From Cetorhinus maximus (taxonomy: Eukaryota): a stretch of DNA of 64,000 nt. Both the position numbers and the translations under genes were made by a program. The stretch spans positions 34,162,001-34,226,000 of the forward strand of contig NC_135901.1 in assembly GCF_964194155.1 (NCBI RefSeq), read 5' to 3'. The notes below the pieces were generated by a model. It searched no databases. It was not told the origin of the DNA and saw only the letters and a program-made list of their open reading frames with translations. This document shows positions 38,445 to 51,089 of this stretch, in pieces. Each line of letters opens with the position of its first letter. The stretch's first letter is position 1.

Positions 38445-39482
38445 TTACTTGTGAACTTGCTGGTGTGTCAGCAGATGGGATAACCGAGTAAATCCCTTCC
38501 CACACACAGAGCAGGTGAACGGTCTCTCCTCAGTGTGAATTCGCTGATGTGTCAGCAGGGTAGATGACTGAGTGAATCCCTTCCCACACTCGGAGCAGGT
38601 GAATGGTCTCTCCCCAGTGTGAATTCGCTGATGTGTCAGCAGGGTGGTTGAGTGAGTGAATCCCTTCCCACACTTGGAGCAGGTGAATGGCCTCTCTCTG
38701 GTGTGAATTCGCTGGTGTCTCAGTAGGCTGGATGACTGAGTGAATCCCTTCCCACACTTGGAACAGGTGAATGGCCTCTCTCCAGTGTGAACTCGCTGGT
38801 GTTCAATGAGGTTAGAAGATCGCCTGAAACCAGTCCCACAGTGAGAGCACCTGAACGGTCTTTCATCAGTGTGAACACGTTCATGGGACATCAATTCCTG
38901 GGAACTCTTAAAGCACTTCCCACAGTCTGGGCATTTAAAAGGTCTCTTGTCTGTGTGAACATGTTGATGGGACATAATTTCCCTCGAACTTTGAAAGCAC
39001 TTCCCACAGTCTGGGCATTTAAAAGTTCTCTCTCCTGTGTGAACACGTTGATGAGACATCAGGTCTCTGGAACTTTTATAGCACTTCCCACAGTCTGGAC
39101 ATTTAAAAGGTGTCTCCCCACTGTGAACCCGCTGATGTCTCAGCAGGACAGATGACTGAGTGAATGTCTTCCCACACTCGGAACAGGTGAATGGCCTCTC
39201 CGCATTATGAACTCGCTGATGTGCCAGCAGGTGAGATGAGGTAATGAATCCCTTCCCACATTGGGAGCAGGTGAACGGTCTCTCCCCAGTGTGACTGCGC
39301 CGATGTGTTTCCAGCACAGATGGATAATTGAATCCCTTACCACAGTCCTCACATTTCCATGGTTTCTGCCGGTTGTCCCTGCATTTATGTTTTGACAGGT
39401 CAGATGATCGGCTAAAGCCTCGTCCACACACAGAACATGTGTATGGCTTCTCCCCGCTGTGAACGGTACTTTTTCCTTCCAT
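38445..39482 (-). CDS. C2H2 zinc-finger protein, 11 intact plus 1 degenerate finger, 345 aa
   Basis: ATG at 39482, [16 protein letters not shown]...HQQVHK*; uninterrupted. Confidence 0.9.
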   Translation of the reverse strand: MEGKSTVHSGEKPYTCSVCGRGFSRSSDLSKHKCRDNRQKPWKCEDCGKGFNYPSVLETHRRSHTGERPFTCSQCGKGFITSSHLLAHQRVHNAERPFTCSECGKTFTQSSVLLRHQRVHSGETPFKCPDCGKCYKSSRDLMSHQRVHTGERTFKCPDCGKCFQSSREIMSHQHVHTDKRPFKCPDCGKCFKSSQELMSHERVHTDERPFRCSHCGTGFRRSSNLIEHQRVHTGERPFTCSKCGKGFTQSSSLLRHQRIHTRERPFTCSKCGKGFTHSTTLLTHQRIHTGERPFTCSECGKGFTQSSTLLTHQRIHTEERPFTCSVCGKGFTRLSHLLTHQQVHK

Positions 39483-39713
39483 GTTCAAGATTCGATCATG
39501 TTCAGGTTATGATAAATTAGGCAACTCCGTCAGACACTGATGTGATGTTTGCTTTCAGGTTCCTGACTGAAAATCCGCTCCTTCTCATAAACTGTGCAAT
39601 TGATTTAAAACAGAAAAAAATGGAGTGAGAGGAAACACAGAAAAACACAAAGGCAGGTTGTGAAATTGAGCTGAATGAATCTGGTAATTTGTGGGACCGG
39701 CACCAGGAAAAAG

Positions 39714-40600
39714 TGACTATGAAAACTACTGGATTGTCCTAAAAACCCAACTGGTTCATTAATGTTCTTCAGAAAGGGAACCTGGCACAAAGTCTGGGTA
39801 TAAACAAAACTCTGGCTTCTATGGGAAGAGGGAGAGAGACAGAGAGGGAGACAGAGGTGGGAGAGGCACTGGGTATAACAGAGGGACTTTATATATCTAT
39901 AACTTGACCAGAACTTTGACAAAATCTCCTGAACCACTAGCCTCTGCCACCTAGAAGGACCAGGGTAGCAGGTGTCTGTGAACACCATCACCTCCAAGTC
40001 CCACATCATCCTGACTTGTCTGAATGCAGTACTGGATAACAGAAATTTCTTCTATTTAAATATTGGGAATATTGAAGCCATTGAGTTCAGTCCCATCTAT
40101 AAACTCCACTCCCTATCCACAGACTCCATCTGCCTGAGACTGAACCAGATGGTTCACAATCATGGTGAAATATTTCACCCCAAGATGAGCTTCCAACCAC
40201 ATATCCACATCATCACCAAGACCGCCCATTTCCACCTCAGTAACATCGCCCAACTCCACCCCAGTCTCAGCTCATCTGCTGCTGAAATTCTCATCCATTC
40301 CTTTGTTACCACTCGACTTATCTATTCTAACGCACTTCTGGCCGACCTCCCACATTCAGCCTTCCTGTAATCCTGAGGTTATCCAAAACTTTGCTGCCCG
40401 TGTGCTGGCTCTTGTTTACCCATCACCCCTGTGTTCACTGACCTCCGGGCTAAGAAGCATTAAAATTTTAAATTCCTGATCCTTTAAAATCCCTTCATGG
40501 TCTCGCCTCTCCCTATCCCTGTCATCTTCTCCAGCCTCATAATTCTCCGAGATATCTTCACTTCCTCTAATTCCAGATTTCTGGCTCGAAATCTGAATTC
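39714..40600 (+). mobile_element. Shared intronic TE stack (SINE, Zenon, L2)
   Basis: Same order and junctions as 35188-36310; L2 peptide AEILIHSFVTTRLIYSNALL. Confidence 0.78.
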
Positions 40601-40609
40601 CTCCACCAA

Positions 40610-41125
40610 ACATGCGCACTGCTGCAATTGCCCCGCATAAAGATGGCGGACACACATGCGCTCTGCAGCACATTGCGCCCGATAAAGATGGCGGACACAC
40701 ATGCGCACTGTTGCACATCCTTTCAAGGAAGATGCCTGTTAATCTGGGCCTGAAATCGGGAGAAACGCTACAACTTCCAAACCCTGTGCAAATGTTGGAC
40801 CGGAAACTTCTTATTCACATCTTGAGGACTCCAGCAACTGTTTATGAAAACTCTCCACTCACTAGGCGGCTCCATTTTCCCTCACCCACCCGCTGGCTCG
40901 ATTCCTCTGCTCTCCTCGCTGATCCGACACGGCCACCTCTATCCTTCCAGCACCGGACTGCGCATGCTCTGGTTTGAACACCGGCTGCGCATGCTTTAGT
41001 CACTGCGCCTGTGCAAGGGCGAGGGTGAAGATAGAGCATATTCTGGGTCTCGGTGAATGCTGGGTAATGTTACCGCCATTGAAGATCTTCATGCATGCAG
41101 AATCATATATTTTGATCCGATTTTT
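40610..41125 (-). promoter_or_regulatory. Class I promoter with 2x YY1-NRF1 units facing the 39482 gene
   Basis: AAGATGGCGG at 40640 and 40685; TGCGCATGC near 40959 and 40986; GTGAATGCTGGGTAA at 41053-41067. Confidence 0.72.
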
Positions 41126-41684
41126 AAGTTAATGTATATGGTAAGCAAGTGCACGGGAAGGGAATCTGTCATCTGGTCTGTGTCCCTACGTGCTGAGAGA
41201 GGAAAATGTGCAGGGTGATAAAGAAGGATTTTATGCATCTTATCCCTCTCTTCCTTCCATCCATTACACTGGGTGTCACTACCAAGTGAGCGATCGCAGT
41301 GTTTTCCCAATCTACCTTAACACCGTGGTCTTGGTTACTGGGTGCTCATTGTCCATCCAGGTCATTCCCCATCATCCAACTCATGAAATTTATTCTGGTG
41401 TCTGGATTAAAGAGGATCGACCAAAATTTGCTGGATGTGCATTCGGGCAAATATAGAGAACAAGGGGACATCATGAAGGCAACTAGGGATGGGCAATAAA
41501 TGCTGGCCCAGCCAGCAAAGCCCACATCCCATGAATGAATTTTTAAAAAAGTTAGAGCTTGGTCATTCAGCAGTGCAACCAAGCAGAGATTCTTCGCACA
41601 AAGTGGAGTAGAAATGTGGAACTCTCTCCGACAAAACACAGCGGATACTCAGGGTTAACCGGAGCATTCAAGACTGAGATAAGG

Positions 41685-42730
41685 TGCCACATCAAAAGTT
41701 CTTGCAGAAAGTTAAATTCATGGTGTGGGGGTAACATATTAGCATGTATGTTAGATTGGCTAGCTAACAGGAAACAGGGAGTTGTCATAAATATGCCATT
41801 TTCTGGCTGGCATGGTGTGACAAGTGGTGTGCCACAGGGATCAGTGCTGGAGCCTCAAGTTTTTACAATTTATATAAATGACTTGTATGAAGGGACCAAG
41901 GTATGGTTGCTAAATTTGCTGATGACATAAAGATAGGTAGGAAAATAAGTTGTGAGGAGGACATAAGGATGCTAAAAAGGGATACAGATGGGTTAAGTGA
42001 GTGAGCAAATCTAGTAAATGGCAGAGAATGTGGGAAAATGTGAAATGGTCCATTTTTGTAGGGAGAATAAGAAAAGCTTACCTACATGGTAAGAGATTGC
42101 AGAGCTCTGAGATGTAGAGGATCTGGAGGTCCTAGTGCATGAATTGCAAAAGGTTAGTGTGCAGGTACAGCAAGTAATTAGAAAAGCTAAGACAGTGTTA
42201 TTGTTTATTGTAACGAGTGCTGAATAAGTAGGGAGGTTATACTTCAGTTACATATGGCATTGGTGAGATCACATCAGGAGGACTGTGTACAGTATTGGTC
42301 TCCTTATTTAAGGAAGGATATAAATGCATTGGAAACAGTTCAGAAAAGGTTTACTAGACTAATATCTGAAATAGCCGGGTTGTCTTATGAGGAAATGTTG
42401 GAAAGGTCAGGCTTGTATCTGCTGGAGTTTAGAAGAGTAAGAGGTGACTTGATTGAAACATAAGATCCTGAGGGGATCTTGACAGGGTGGATGTGGAGAG
42501 GATGTTTCACGAATCTTTGGAACTCTCTTCCCCAAAATGCAGTGAAATCAGAGTTTTTGAATAATTTAAAGGCAGAACTAGATAGATTCTTGATAAGCAA
42601 GGGAGTGAAAGGTTAACTGGGGTAGGGGAGAATGTGGAGTTGAGGTTACAATCAGATCAGTCATGATCTTATTGAATGGTGGAGCAGGCTCGAGGGGCTG
42701 AGTGGCCTACTCTTGATCTTCATTCATATG
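41685..42730 (+). mobile_element. CR1 LINE 3' part
   Basis: VTSGVPQGSVLEPQ, MALVRSHQEDCVQYWSP; ends at the same 3' flank position as the CR1 ending at 33165. Confidence 0.85.
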
Positions 42731-43195
42731 TAACTTGTGTTAGAGATATTAAAAAGGCTCAATTCAACATGTGTTTAACACAAAGCAAATTTATTTCACT
42801 TTAATCCACAATATTAGCTCCTATAACTGGGCTGGAGTTTATTAACATCAGTAGAAACAGACCCCAATGAATATAGTTCAGTCCTGGATGTGATTAACAG
42901 CAAAATCCAATCAGTGTGGTTACTTGTGAACTCACTGCTGTGTCAGCAAGTGGGATGATGGAGTGAATCCCTTCCCACACTTAGATCAGATGAACAGTCT
43001 CTCCCCAGTCTGAATTTGCTGGTGTACAGTGAGTTGAGATGATCGCCTGAAATCCAGTCCCACAGTGACAGCATCTGAATGGTTTCTCATCAGTGTGAAC
43101 ACGGTGATTGCACCTCAGTTCCAGGGAACCCTTAAAGAACTTCCTGCAATCTGGGCATTTAAAATGTCTCTCGTCATTGTGAACTCGCTGGTGTT

Positions 43196-43951
43196 TCAGC
43201 CGTTCAGATGACTGAGTGAATCTCTTTCCACACTCGGAGTTGGTCTCTCCCCACTGTGAGTGCGCTGGTGTTTAGTGAGGTCAGATGAATGCTTGAAACC
43301 AGCCCCACAGTAAGAGCACCTGAACGGTCTCTCGTCAGTGTGAACACGTTGATGGGACATCAGGTTCCCAGAACTTTTACAGCACTTCCCGCAGTCTGGG
43401 CATTGAAAAGGTCTTTCATCACTGTGAACTCGCTGGTGTCTCAGCAGGCTAGATGACTGAGTGAATCCCCTCCCACACTTGGAGCAGGTGAACGGTCTCT
43501 CCCCAGTGTGAGTGCGCTGGTGTTTAGTGAGGGCAGGTGAATGCTTGAACCCAGTCCCGCAGTGTGAGCACCTGAACGGTCTCTCGTCAGTGTGAACACG
43601 CTGATGGTACATGAGTTCACTGGAACTTTTATAGCACTTCTCACAGTCTGGGCATTGAAAAGGTTTCTCGTCAGTGTGACCCCTCTGGTGTTTCAGCTGG
43701 TTGGATAACTGAGTGAATCCCTTCCCACACTGGGAGCAGGTGAACGGCCTCTCCCCAGTGTGACTGCGTCGATGAATTTCCAGGTCAGACGGGTAATAGA
43801 ATCCCTTCCCACAATCCCCACACTTCCACGATTTCTCCCCACTGTGACTGCGCTTGTGTCTGGACAGGCCAGATGATCGGCTGAAGCCTCGTCCACACAG
43901 AGAACACATGTAGGGTTTCTCCGCACTGTGAACAGTGCTTTGTCCTTCCAT
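43196..43951 (-). CDS. C2H2 zinc-finger gene, 8 in-frame fingers then a frameshift (truncated or pseudogenising; ancestral stop at 42920)
   Basis: ATG at 43951, [17 protein letters not shown] small deletion near 43240 gives SGERPTPSV...*; decayed fingers continue to VHK* at 42920. Confidence 0.65.
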   Translation of the reverse strand: MEGQSTVHSAEKPYMCSLCGRGFSRSSGLSRHKRSHSGEKSWKCGDCGKGFYYPSDLEIHRRSHTGERPFTCSQCGKGFTQLSNQLKHQRGHTDEKPFQCPDCEKCYKSSSELMYHQRVHTDERPFRCSHCGTGFKHSPALTKHQRTHTGERPFTCSKCGRGFTQSSSLLRHQRVHSDERPFQCPDCGKCCKSSGNLMSHQRVHTDERPFRCSYCGAGFKHSSDLTKHQRTHSGERPTPSVERDSLSHLNG

Positions 43952-44182
43952 GTTCAAAATCCGATGATATTCAGGTTACGACAAACTGGGTGACTCTGTC
44001 AGGTATCCTGATGTGATGTTTGGTTTGAGTTTCCTGACTGCAAATCCTCCCCTTCAAATACCCTGCAAAATTGATTAAAGACAGAAAAAAGGGAGTGAGA
44101 GAGAACCCACAAAAACACAAGGGCAGGTTGTGAAATTGAGCAGAATGAATCTGGGAATTTGTGGGGCCGGCACTAGGAAAAG

Positions 44183-44720
44183 GTGACCTTGAAAAGCTGC
44201 TGGATTGTTGTAGAAACACAACTGGTTCACTAATGTCCTTCAGGGAAGGGAAACTGTCACCCGGTCTGGGCCTACACAGGACTCTGGCTTCCATGTGAGC
44301 GGGTGCGGTGGGGGGGCGTTTTTTGAGAGAGATGGGAGCAGACGGGATGAAGGAAAGGGATTTTAGATAACAACAACGAGAAAGAGTCTCCCAAACCCTC
44401 AACCTCCACCATCTAGAAAGACCAGGGTAGCAGGTATATGTGAAAACCATCACCTCCAAGTTCCCCTCCAACTCACACACTGTCCTGACTTGTCTGACAC
44501 CCAGTACTGGATGAACAGAAATTTCCTCCATTTAAATATTGTGAAGGCTGAAACCATTGTCTTCAGTTCCCACTATAAATTCCACCCCCTATCCACCGAC
44601 TCCATCCCTCTCCCTGGCAACTGTCTGAGGCTGAATCATCACTTTTCACAATCATGGTGAATATTTCACCCCATGATGAGCTTCCAACCATATATCTTTG
44701 TCATTTCCAAGAGCGGGTTT
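44183..44720 (+). mobile_element. Shared intronic TE stack (SINE, Zenon, truncated L2)
   Basis: Same sequence as 3877-4505, including the same L2 truncation point TATCTTTG..AAGAG(T/C)GGGTTTCCA. Confidence 0.75.
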
Positions 44721-45775
44721 CCATCTGTGAGGGGACTGAGGCCTCACACTGTATATTTTTTAGAAATAGATTGTGATATCCCCAATGGCTGTTTCTAAAA
44801 ATTTTAAAAACCAGACAAAAGATATTTTAAAAGGCTGAATCTGTCTGTGACACCTGAACAAAAGGAGCTGTCTGGCATTATCAGAGAAATTTGGAACTCG
44901 TTATCTCTGAAGGGACACTTGCTGTACCGAAAAACCTCATTCTGCCATTTTAACATCGACAAGCAGCAAACAGAAAAGGTGTTCTGCCCAGATTTAATAC
45001 CTGGTCACATCTACACTTTCTCCTGGAACTTCTCTGCAGTCGCCAAAAGACTGATTTACCTCTGCATAGCTATCATCGCATGAAGTCAACTCCACCGGAA
45101 AAGTGATTTATAAAGCGTAAGTTTTCAGTCTGCCAACCTTCTGGAAGGAATACCTCAGTGGACTTTCATTCTGGACTCTGGAACCCACGTGAAACATCAT
45201 TTTTCTCTGCAGTCCCTACCCTGAAAATCATTCTTTTCTCCATCCCTCTTTTACTGTGTGAATGCAAAGGGCCTACATTGTGAGCTCCCGCCCCACACGA
45301 AATTTACATAAACTAACCCTTTGAGTTCATCCTATCCCATGTTTGCTGTGGGGTTATTAATGGAAAATGGATCACATCAAAATGGAGGGATTGGGAAATA
45401 GGCCACCGCTTATAAAGGGGGAAGCAAATCAAGAACACCTTCCTGTTTGTGGACGGGAGATGAGAGAATTCAGTGTGGTTTAAATTAATCCCCCTCCTGT
45501 CCTTAATACATTGCAGTAACGTCACTCGACTTGGCCCTGTCTCAGCTCATGTTTCTCAATTCTCATCCAGTCCTCAAGACTTGACTGGTTGGTCTCCCAC
45601 ATTCAACCTGTGATAAACTTGAGTTTATCCAAATCTCCGCTGTCTATGTCCTCTGCACTGAGTCCCATTCACTCACCCATCACCCTGTCCTCACTGACCG
45701 ACACAGGCTAAACAACAACTCAATTCAAAATTCCCATCCTTATTTTCAAATCCCTCCATGGCTTTGCTCTCCCCT

Positions 45776-46070
45776 ATTTCCAGTCACACAGACGTTTGAA
45801 TCTTTTTCCACAGACAGACATACTTTCAGGCTCTGATGAATCGAGTGACTCTGTCAGGTTTTGATCAGATGGTTGGCTTGAGTTTCCCACCTTCAAATCC
45901 TGCTCTTCTAGTATCCTGTTAAAAAAATCATCACTGTCAGTCCAGGATAGAAATTGAGAAGAGACAAACATTTCTCTTGGTTTGAGTTTCCTGTGTGTAA
46001 ATCCTCCCCTTCTAAACCCCTGTAAAAGGAGTTTCCAAAATCCATCCCTGTCAGTCCAGGATAGAAATGC
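45776..46070 (-). pseudogene. ZNF exon-start relic with a tandemly duplicated acceptor module
   Basis: Two copies of ATTTCTATCCTGGACTGACAG...ACAG-G..TAGAAG...AAACTCAA; ends in SVCGKRFKRLCDWK. Confidence 0.65.
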
Positions 46071-46104
46071 ACATCATTCTCTCCTCCTGCTACCTGGACC
46101 TGGA

Positions 46105-46510
46105 TGACCGCGCATGCGCCCTGCTGCACATTGTCCCCTATAAAGATGGCGGCCGTTACCCGGAACCTCTCAGCGAGAGTTGCGACCCCCGCAGCCACCG
46201 CCCTAATTAACTCGGGCCTCCAACCTGTAGGCGCGGCCCTTTCGGTGCTAACGCGGGCCCGATAGGTTCTTATTCGTGTTTTGAGGCCTCCACTGGGTGT
46301 TCATGAAGCCTCCCCACCTACTCGGCCGCCTCCATTATCCTCCTAGAATCGACCGTTTCTCTCCGGTTGCAGGGTCGAAATGACCGCCTTCCCGCAGCTG
46401 CAGCACCCGCACTGCGCATGTGCCTGCTGGAAAACTGCGCATTCGCCTTCTGAAAACGCACTGCGCATGCTCAATTTTTGCAGCTGCCACTGCGCCTGCG
46501 CGAGACGCTC
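46105..46510 (-). promoter_or_regulatory. Class I promoter, proximal part (YY1-NRF1 unit plus NRF1 array); distal part displaced to 48480-48630
   Basis: GACCGCGCATGCGCCCTGCTGCACATTG..AAAGATGGCGGCCGTTACCCGG is nearly identical to the reverse complement of 16880-16940. Confidence 0.72.
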
Positions 46511-46515
46511 ATTGA

Positions 46516-48478
46516 ACAAAGGAAAGTACAGCATAGGAACAGTCCCGGGGTCCGTCTCCCTCTATTCCCAGATCCCTCTGCCCGTCGATGCACTTAAGAG
46601 CTCTGCTATTTACTGCATAATTCCTGTATTAGACCTTCCCAAATGCATTACCTCGCATTTGTCCGGATTAGAACCCTTAAGTGCATTGACAGGCAGAGGG
46701 ATCTGGGTGTACAGGTCCACGGGTCACTGAAAGTGGCAACGCAGATGGATAAGGTGGTCAGGAAGGCATATGGCATGCTTGCCTTCATTGACAAGGGTAT
46801 TGAGTATAAAAGCTGGGAAGTCATGCTGCAGTTGTATAGAACCTTGGCTAGGCCATACTTGGAATATTGCGTGCAATTCTGGTCACCACATTACCAGAAG
46901 GATATGGAGGCATTGGAGAGTGTGCAGAGGAGGTTTAACAGGATGCTGCCTGGTCTGGAGGTTATTAGCTATGAGGAGAGGTTGGAGAAACTCGGATTGT
47001 TCTCACTAGAGCGACGGAGATTGAGGGGCGACTTGATAGAAGTTTACAAAATTATGAGTGGCATGGACAGAGTAGATAGTCAGAAGGTTTTTCCCAGGGT
47101 GGAAGAGTCAATTACTAGTGGACATAGATTTAAGGTGAGAGGAGAAAACTATAGAGGAGATGTGTGGGGCAAGTTTTTTACACAGAGGGTAGTGAGTGTC
47201 TGGAATTCGCTGCCAGAGGAGGTGGTGGAAGCAGGTACGATAGTGGTGTTTAAGAGGCAGCTTGACAAAGACATGAATAGGATGGGAATAGAGGGATACG
47301 GATCCCAGAAGTGCAAAATGTTTTAGTTGACGGGCAATATGATCGGCGCAGTCTTGGAGGGCCGAAGGGCCTGTTCCTGTGCTGTACTTTTTTTTGTTCT
47401 TTAAACTCCATCTGCCATTTCTCCACCCAAGTCTCCAACCGATCTATATTCCATTGTATCCTTTGACAATCCTCTTCACTATCTGCAACTCCTCCAACCT
47501 TAGTGTCATCTGAAAACTTACTAATTAGCCCAGTTACATTTTCCTCCAAATCATTTATGTATACTACAAACAGCAAAGGTCCCAGCACTGATCCCTGCGG
47601 AACACCACTAGTCACAGCTCTCCATTCAGAAAAGCACCCTTCCACTGCTACCCTCTGTCTTCTATGACCAAGCCAATTCTGTATCCATCTTGCCAGCTCA
47701 CTTCTGATCCCATGCAACTTTACCTTCTGTACCAATCTGCCATGAGGGACCTTGTCAAAGGCCTTACTGAAATCCATGTAGATGACATCCACTGCCCTTC
47801 CAACATCGATCATCTTTGTCATTTCCTTGAAAAACCCGATCAAGTTAGTGAGACACAACCCCCCCTTCACAAAACCATGCTGCCTCTCACTAATACGCCT
47901 GTTTGCTTCCAAATGGTAGTAAATCCTGTCACGAAGAATCTTCTCCAATAATTTCCCTACCACTGACGTAAGGCTCACTGGCCTGTAATTTCCTGGATTA
48001 TCCCTGCTACCCTTCTTAAACAATGGAACAACATTGGCCATTCTCCAGTCCTCTGGGACCTCACCCGTAGCCAGTGAGGATATAAATATTCCTGTTAAGG
48101 CCCCAGCAATCTCCTCCCTTGCCTCCCTCAGTACTCTGGGGTAGAACCCATCTGGCTCTGGGGACTTAGCCACCTTAATATTCTTCAAGACACCTAACAC
48201 CTCTTTTTTGATCTCAACATGATCCAGGCTATCTACACACTCTTCCCTAGACAAATTGACCGCTAAGTCCTTCTCTTTGGTGAATACTGATGAGAAGTAT
48301 TCATTTAGTATCTCTCCTATTTCTTTTGGCTCCACACACAGATTCCCACCTCTGTCCCTGAGTGGGCCTACCCTTTCCCTGGCTACCCTCTTGCTTTTTA
48401 CATATGTATAAAAGGCCTCAGGATTTTCCTTTATCCTGGTTGCCAATGACTTTTCATGGCCCCTTTTAACCCTCCTGA
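46516..48478 (-). mobile_element. Young CR1 insertion with an internal inverted segment (46671-47400 on +)
   Basis: Long open RT frame 48478-47404; inverted 3' part with an open frame; candidate TSD CATTGA at 46510-46515 and 48479-48484. Confidence 0.9.
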
Positions 48479-49030
48479 CATTGAGTGAGAATAGGGCACA
48501 TTCTGTATCCCTGTGAATGCTGGGTAAGAGCACCGCCCTTGAAATTAAATATTGCTCAATCGAAAATTATGTTACACGATCCGATTATGATTGGAGGCAT
48601 AGGGCCAATATATAAAATTATTGAATAAATTGATGCAGCAACCAAAGTGCACAAACCCTCCAGCAGTTCTGTACTGGGTGTAATTAACATCAGAACAAAT
48701 CCTTACAGTTAGATGTGAACTCACTGGTGTCTCAGCAACTGGGGTGAACAAGTGATTTTTTTTTTTACCCCCCATATACAAAATATCTAATCCGTGTTTT
48801 GCCAGAATGCCCCAATTGTGGGTCAAATCCTTTGAACTTTTAAATCTGGAGTGTCAACCGAGAAACTGAGTAAATCTCTCTACACACATTAAATTTCGAC
48901 CGCCTTCCCATTTTCAGCTAGTGAGTTGCCTCTTCACAGCAGGATTTTACCCATGGGTTTCCAGCTCACATGCGGATCTCAAACCATTCTGGTAAGGAAT
49001 TCCATAATCTCAATGCTCTCCATTGAAAGA

Positions 49031-49284
49031 AAAGCAAAATACTGCAGATGCTGTAAATCTGAAATTAAAACAGACAGTTCTGAAACTCTTATCAGATTTG
49101 GTAATATATGTGGAGACAGAATCATAGTTTATAATTTTCATTGTTAACTTTCATCAGAACTGTATAACTGGATTAAAGTTCAATGACCTGAAACATTCAC
49201 TCTGTTTCCATTTCCAGAGATACTGCTGAATGTTTCCAATATTTTCTGTTCTTAGTTTGGATTTCCAGCAGCTGCAATATTTTG
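49031..49284. mobile_element. Old, degenerate Penelope-derived foldback element
   Basis: AAAGCAAAATACTGCAGATGCTGTAAATC at the left end and GATTTCCAGCAGCTGCAATATTTTG at the right end; minus-strand AGTTCTGATGA near 49150-49160. Confidence 0.6.
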
Positions 49285-49479
49285 GGTCACTGTGAATCAG
49301 TTTTCTCTCACTTAACGTTACCTGGTTAGATAGGTAAAAGATCGAGGTTTTAAATAATGGGACAGCAGCTACTGTCACCCTGTTCGACATGAAATTAAAC
49401 AAAATGCTAATTGCTCATTTTTTAAAATATTTTTTCATGGGATGGTGGTGTCGCTATTGTTGTCCATACCAAATTACCG

Positions 49480-49690
49480 TCGAACGGAGTGACTTGCTAG
49501 GACATTTCAGAGGGCAGCTAAGAGTCAACCACGTTGCTGTGGGCCTGGAGTTACATGTCGGACAGACTGGGTAAGGACGGGCACATTTCCTTCCCTAAAG
49601 GATATTAGTGAACCAGATGGGTTTTGACGACAGTTGAAGAAAGCTCCAATTCCCCACTACTGAGACTAGCTTTCAATTCCAGATTTACTA
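49480..49690 (-). mobile_element. Shark tRNA-derived SINE body fragment
   Basis: Matches 62881-63010 (CAGAGGGCAGCTAAGAGTCAACCAC...GTGAACCAGATGGGTTTT). Confidence 0.7.
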
Positions 49691-50269
49691 ATTCAATTGC
49701 CAACTCACCAACGCTCATTGAACAGCACCTTCCAAACCTGCAACTTCTACCACCTCAAAGGACAAGGGAAGACGATGCATGGGAACACGACCACCTGCAA
49801 ATTCCACTCCAAGTCAAACACCATACTGACTTGAAACTATATCGCCGTTCCTTCACTTCACTGGGTCATAATCCTGGAACTCTCTCCCTAACAGCACTGT
49901 TGGTGTACCTACACCATTTGGACTTCAGTGATTCAAGAAGATGGCTCACCACCGCCTTCTCAAGGGCAAATTAAGGATGGGCAAGATATATATTGGCCAA
50001 GCCAGCTACACTCACATCCCATTAAATAATTTAAAAAAACTAAATCTCAAGCTGTGGTGGAATCTGAAGCCTTGTGCCCGGGCCTTTAGGTTTTCCTAAT
50101 CTCACTCCTGAAAGGTCTGGCTCTAATTTTTAGACTATGTTCCTCAATCCTGGATTCCCCAAACAATGGAAATACTTCCCCTCTATCTACTACACCATTT
50201 CCAATTAACGTCATGAAAACTTCGAGAAAATCCTCCTTAATCTTCTAAATTCCAGGGAATACAACCCTC

Positions 50270-51050
50270 ACAGTGAGATGATGAATACTGGCAGAGGAAT
50301 ACGGAGAGGCAATGGATACTTAATGGTACAATCCCAAAGAGAGTGCAGGGACAGGAGGACCTGGGGGTTGATGTGCACAGATGTTTGGGGGTGGCAGGAC
50401 GTATTGAGAGAGCAGTTAGCAAAATATATGGGATCTTGGGCTTCATAAACAAATATAATGTGCATTAAAGCAGGGAAAATATGCTGACCCTTTATGAAAC
50501 TCTAGTTAGGTCACAAGAAAAGTATTGCATCTAGTTCAGGTCTCCACACTTTAGGAAAGATGTGAGGTTCCTTGAGAGGGAGTAGAGGAGATTTTCCAGA
50601 ATGGTTCCAGGAAAAAGTGAATTCAGTTACAAGGTTAGATTGGAGAAGCTGGAGTTGTTCTTCTTGGAGTTACAGAGTTGAGGGGAGATTTGATAGAATT
50701 GGACAAGATTGTGACAGGTTTAGATAAGGTGGACAAAGAAAAAGCTGTTTTCATTAGGTGATGATACAAGGATTAGGAGGACACAGATTTAAGGTTATGG
50801 ACAATATGTACAGTGCAAATGCATGGTGGAACCTTTTACACAGCAAGTGGTAATAACTCAGAACTCTCTGCCTATGAGGGGGGATGGAAGCAGAGATGAT
50901 CGATGATGTAAAAAGGAGATTGGATCGGCACATAAGGGAAATAAACTTGCAGGGCTTTGGGGATAAACAGGGGAATGTGACAGACTGGGTTGCTCTACAG
51001 AAAGTCAGCATAAACCCAATGGGCTGAATGGCCCCTTCCTGTGCTGTAAT
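50270..51050 (+). mobile_element. Old CR1 3' fragment
   Basis: Decayed RT C-terminus (LEKLELF...RGDLIE) and tail GGGCTGAATGGCCCCTTCCTGTGCTGTAA. Confidence 0.7.
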
Positions 51051-51089
51051 TACTGTGGTTGAGGTGCGATCTAAGCAGTATTTTGAATA

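Noticed and set aside
44770-45420. Possible solo LTR starting TGTGATATCC
   Set aside because: Could not identify a matching 3' terminus, TSD or second copy.
47250-48533. 427-aa ORF as a host gene or intact retrotransposon
   Set aside because: It is a 5'-truncated CR1 RT fragment with no true start, running into an inverted segment.
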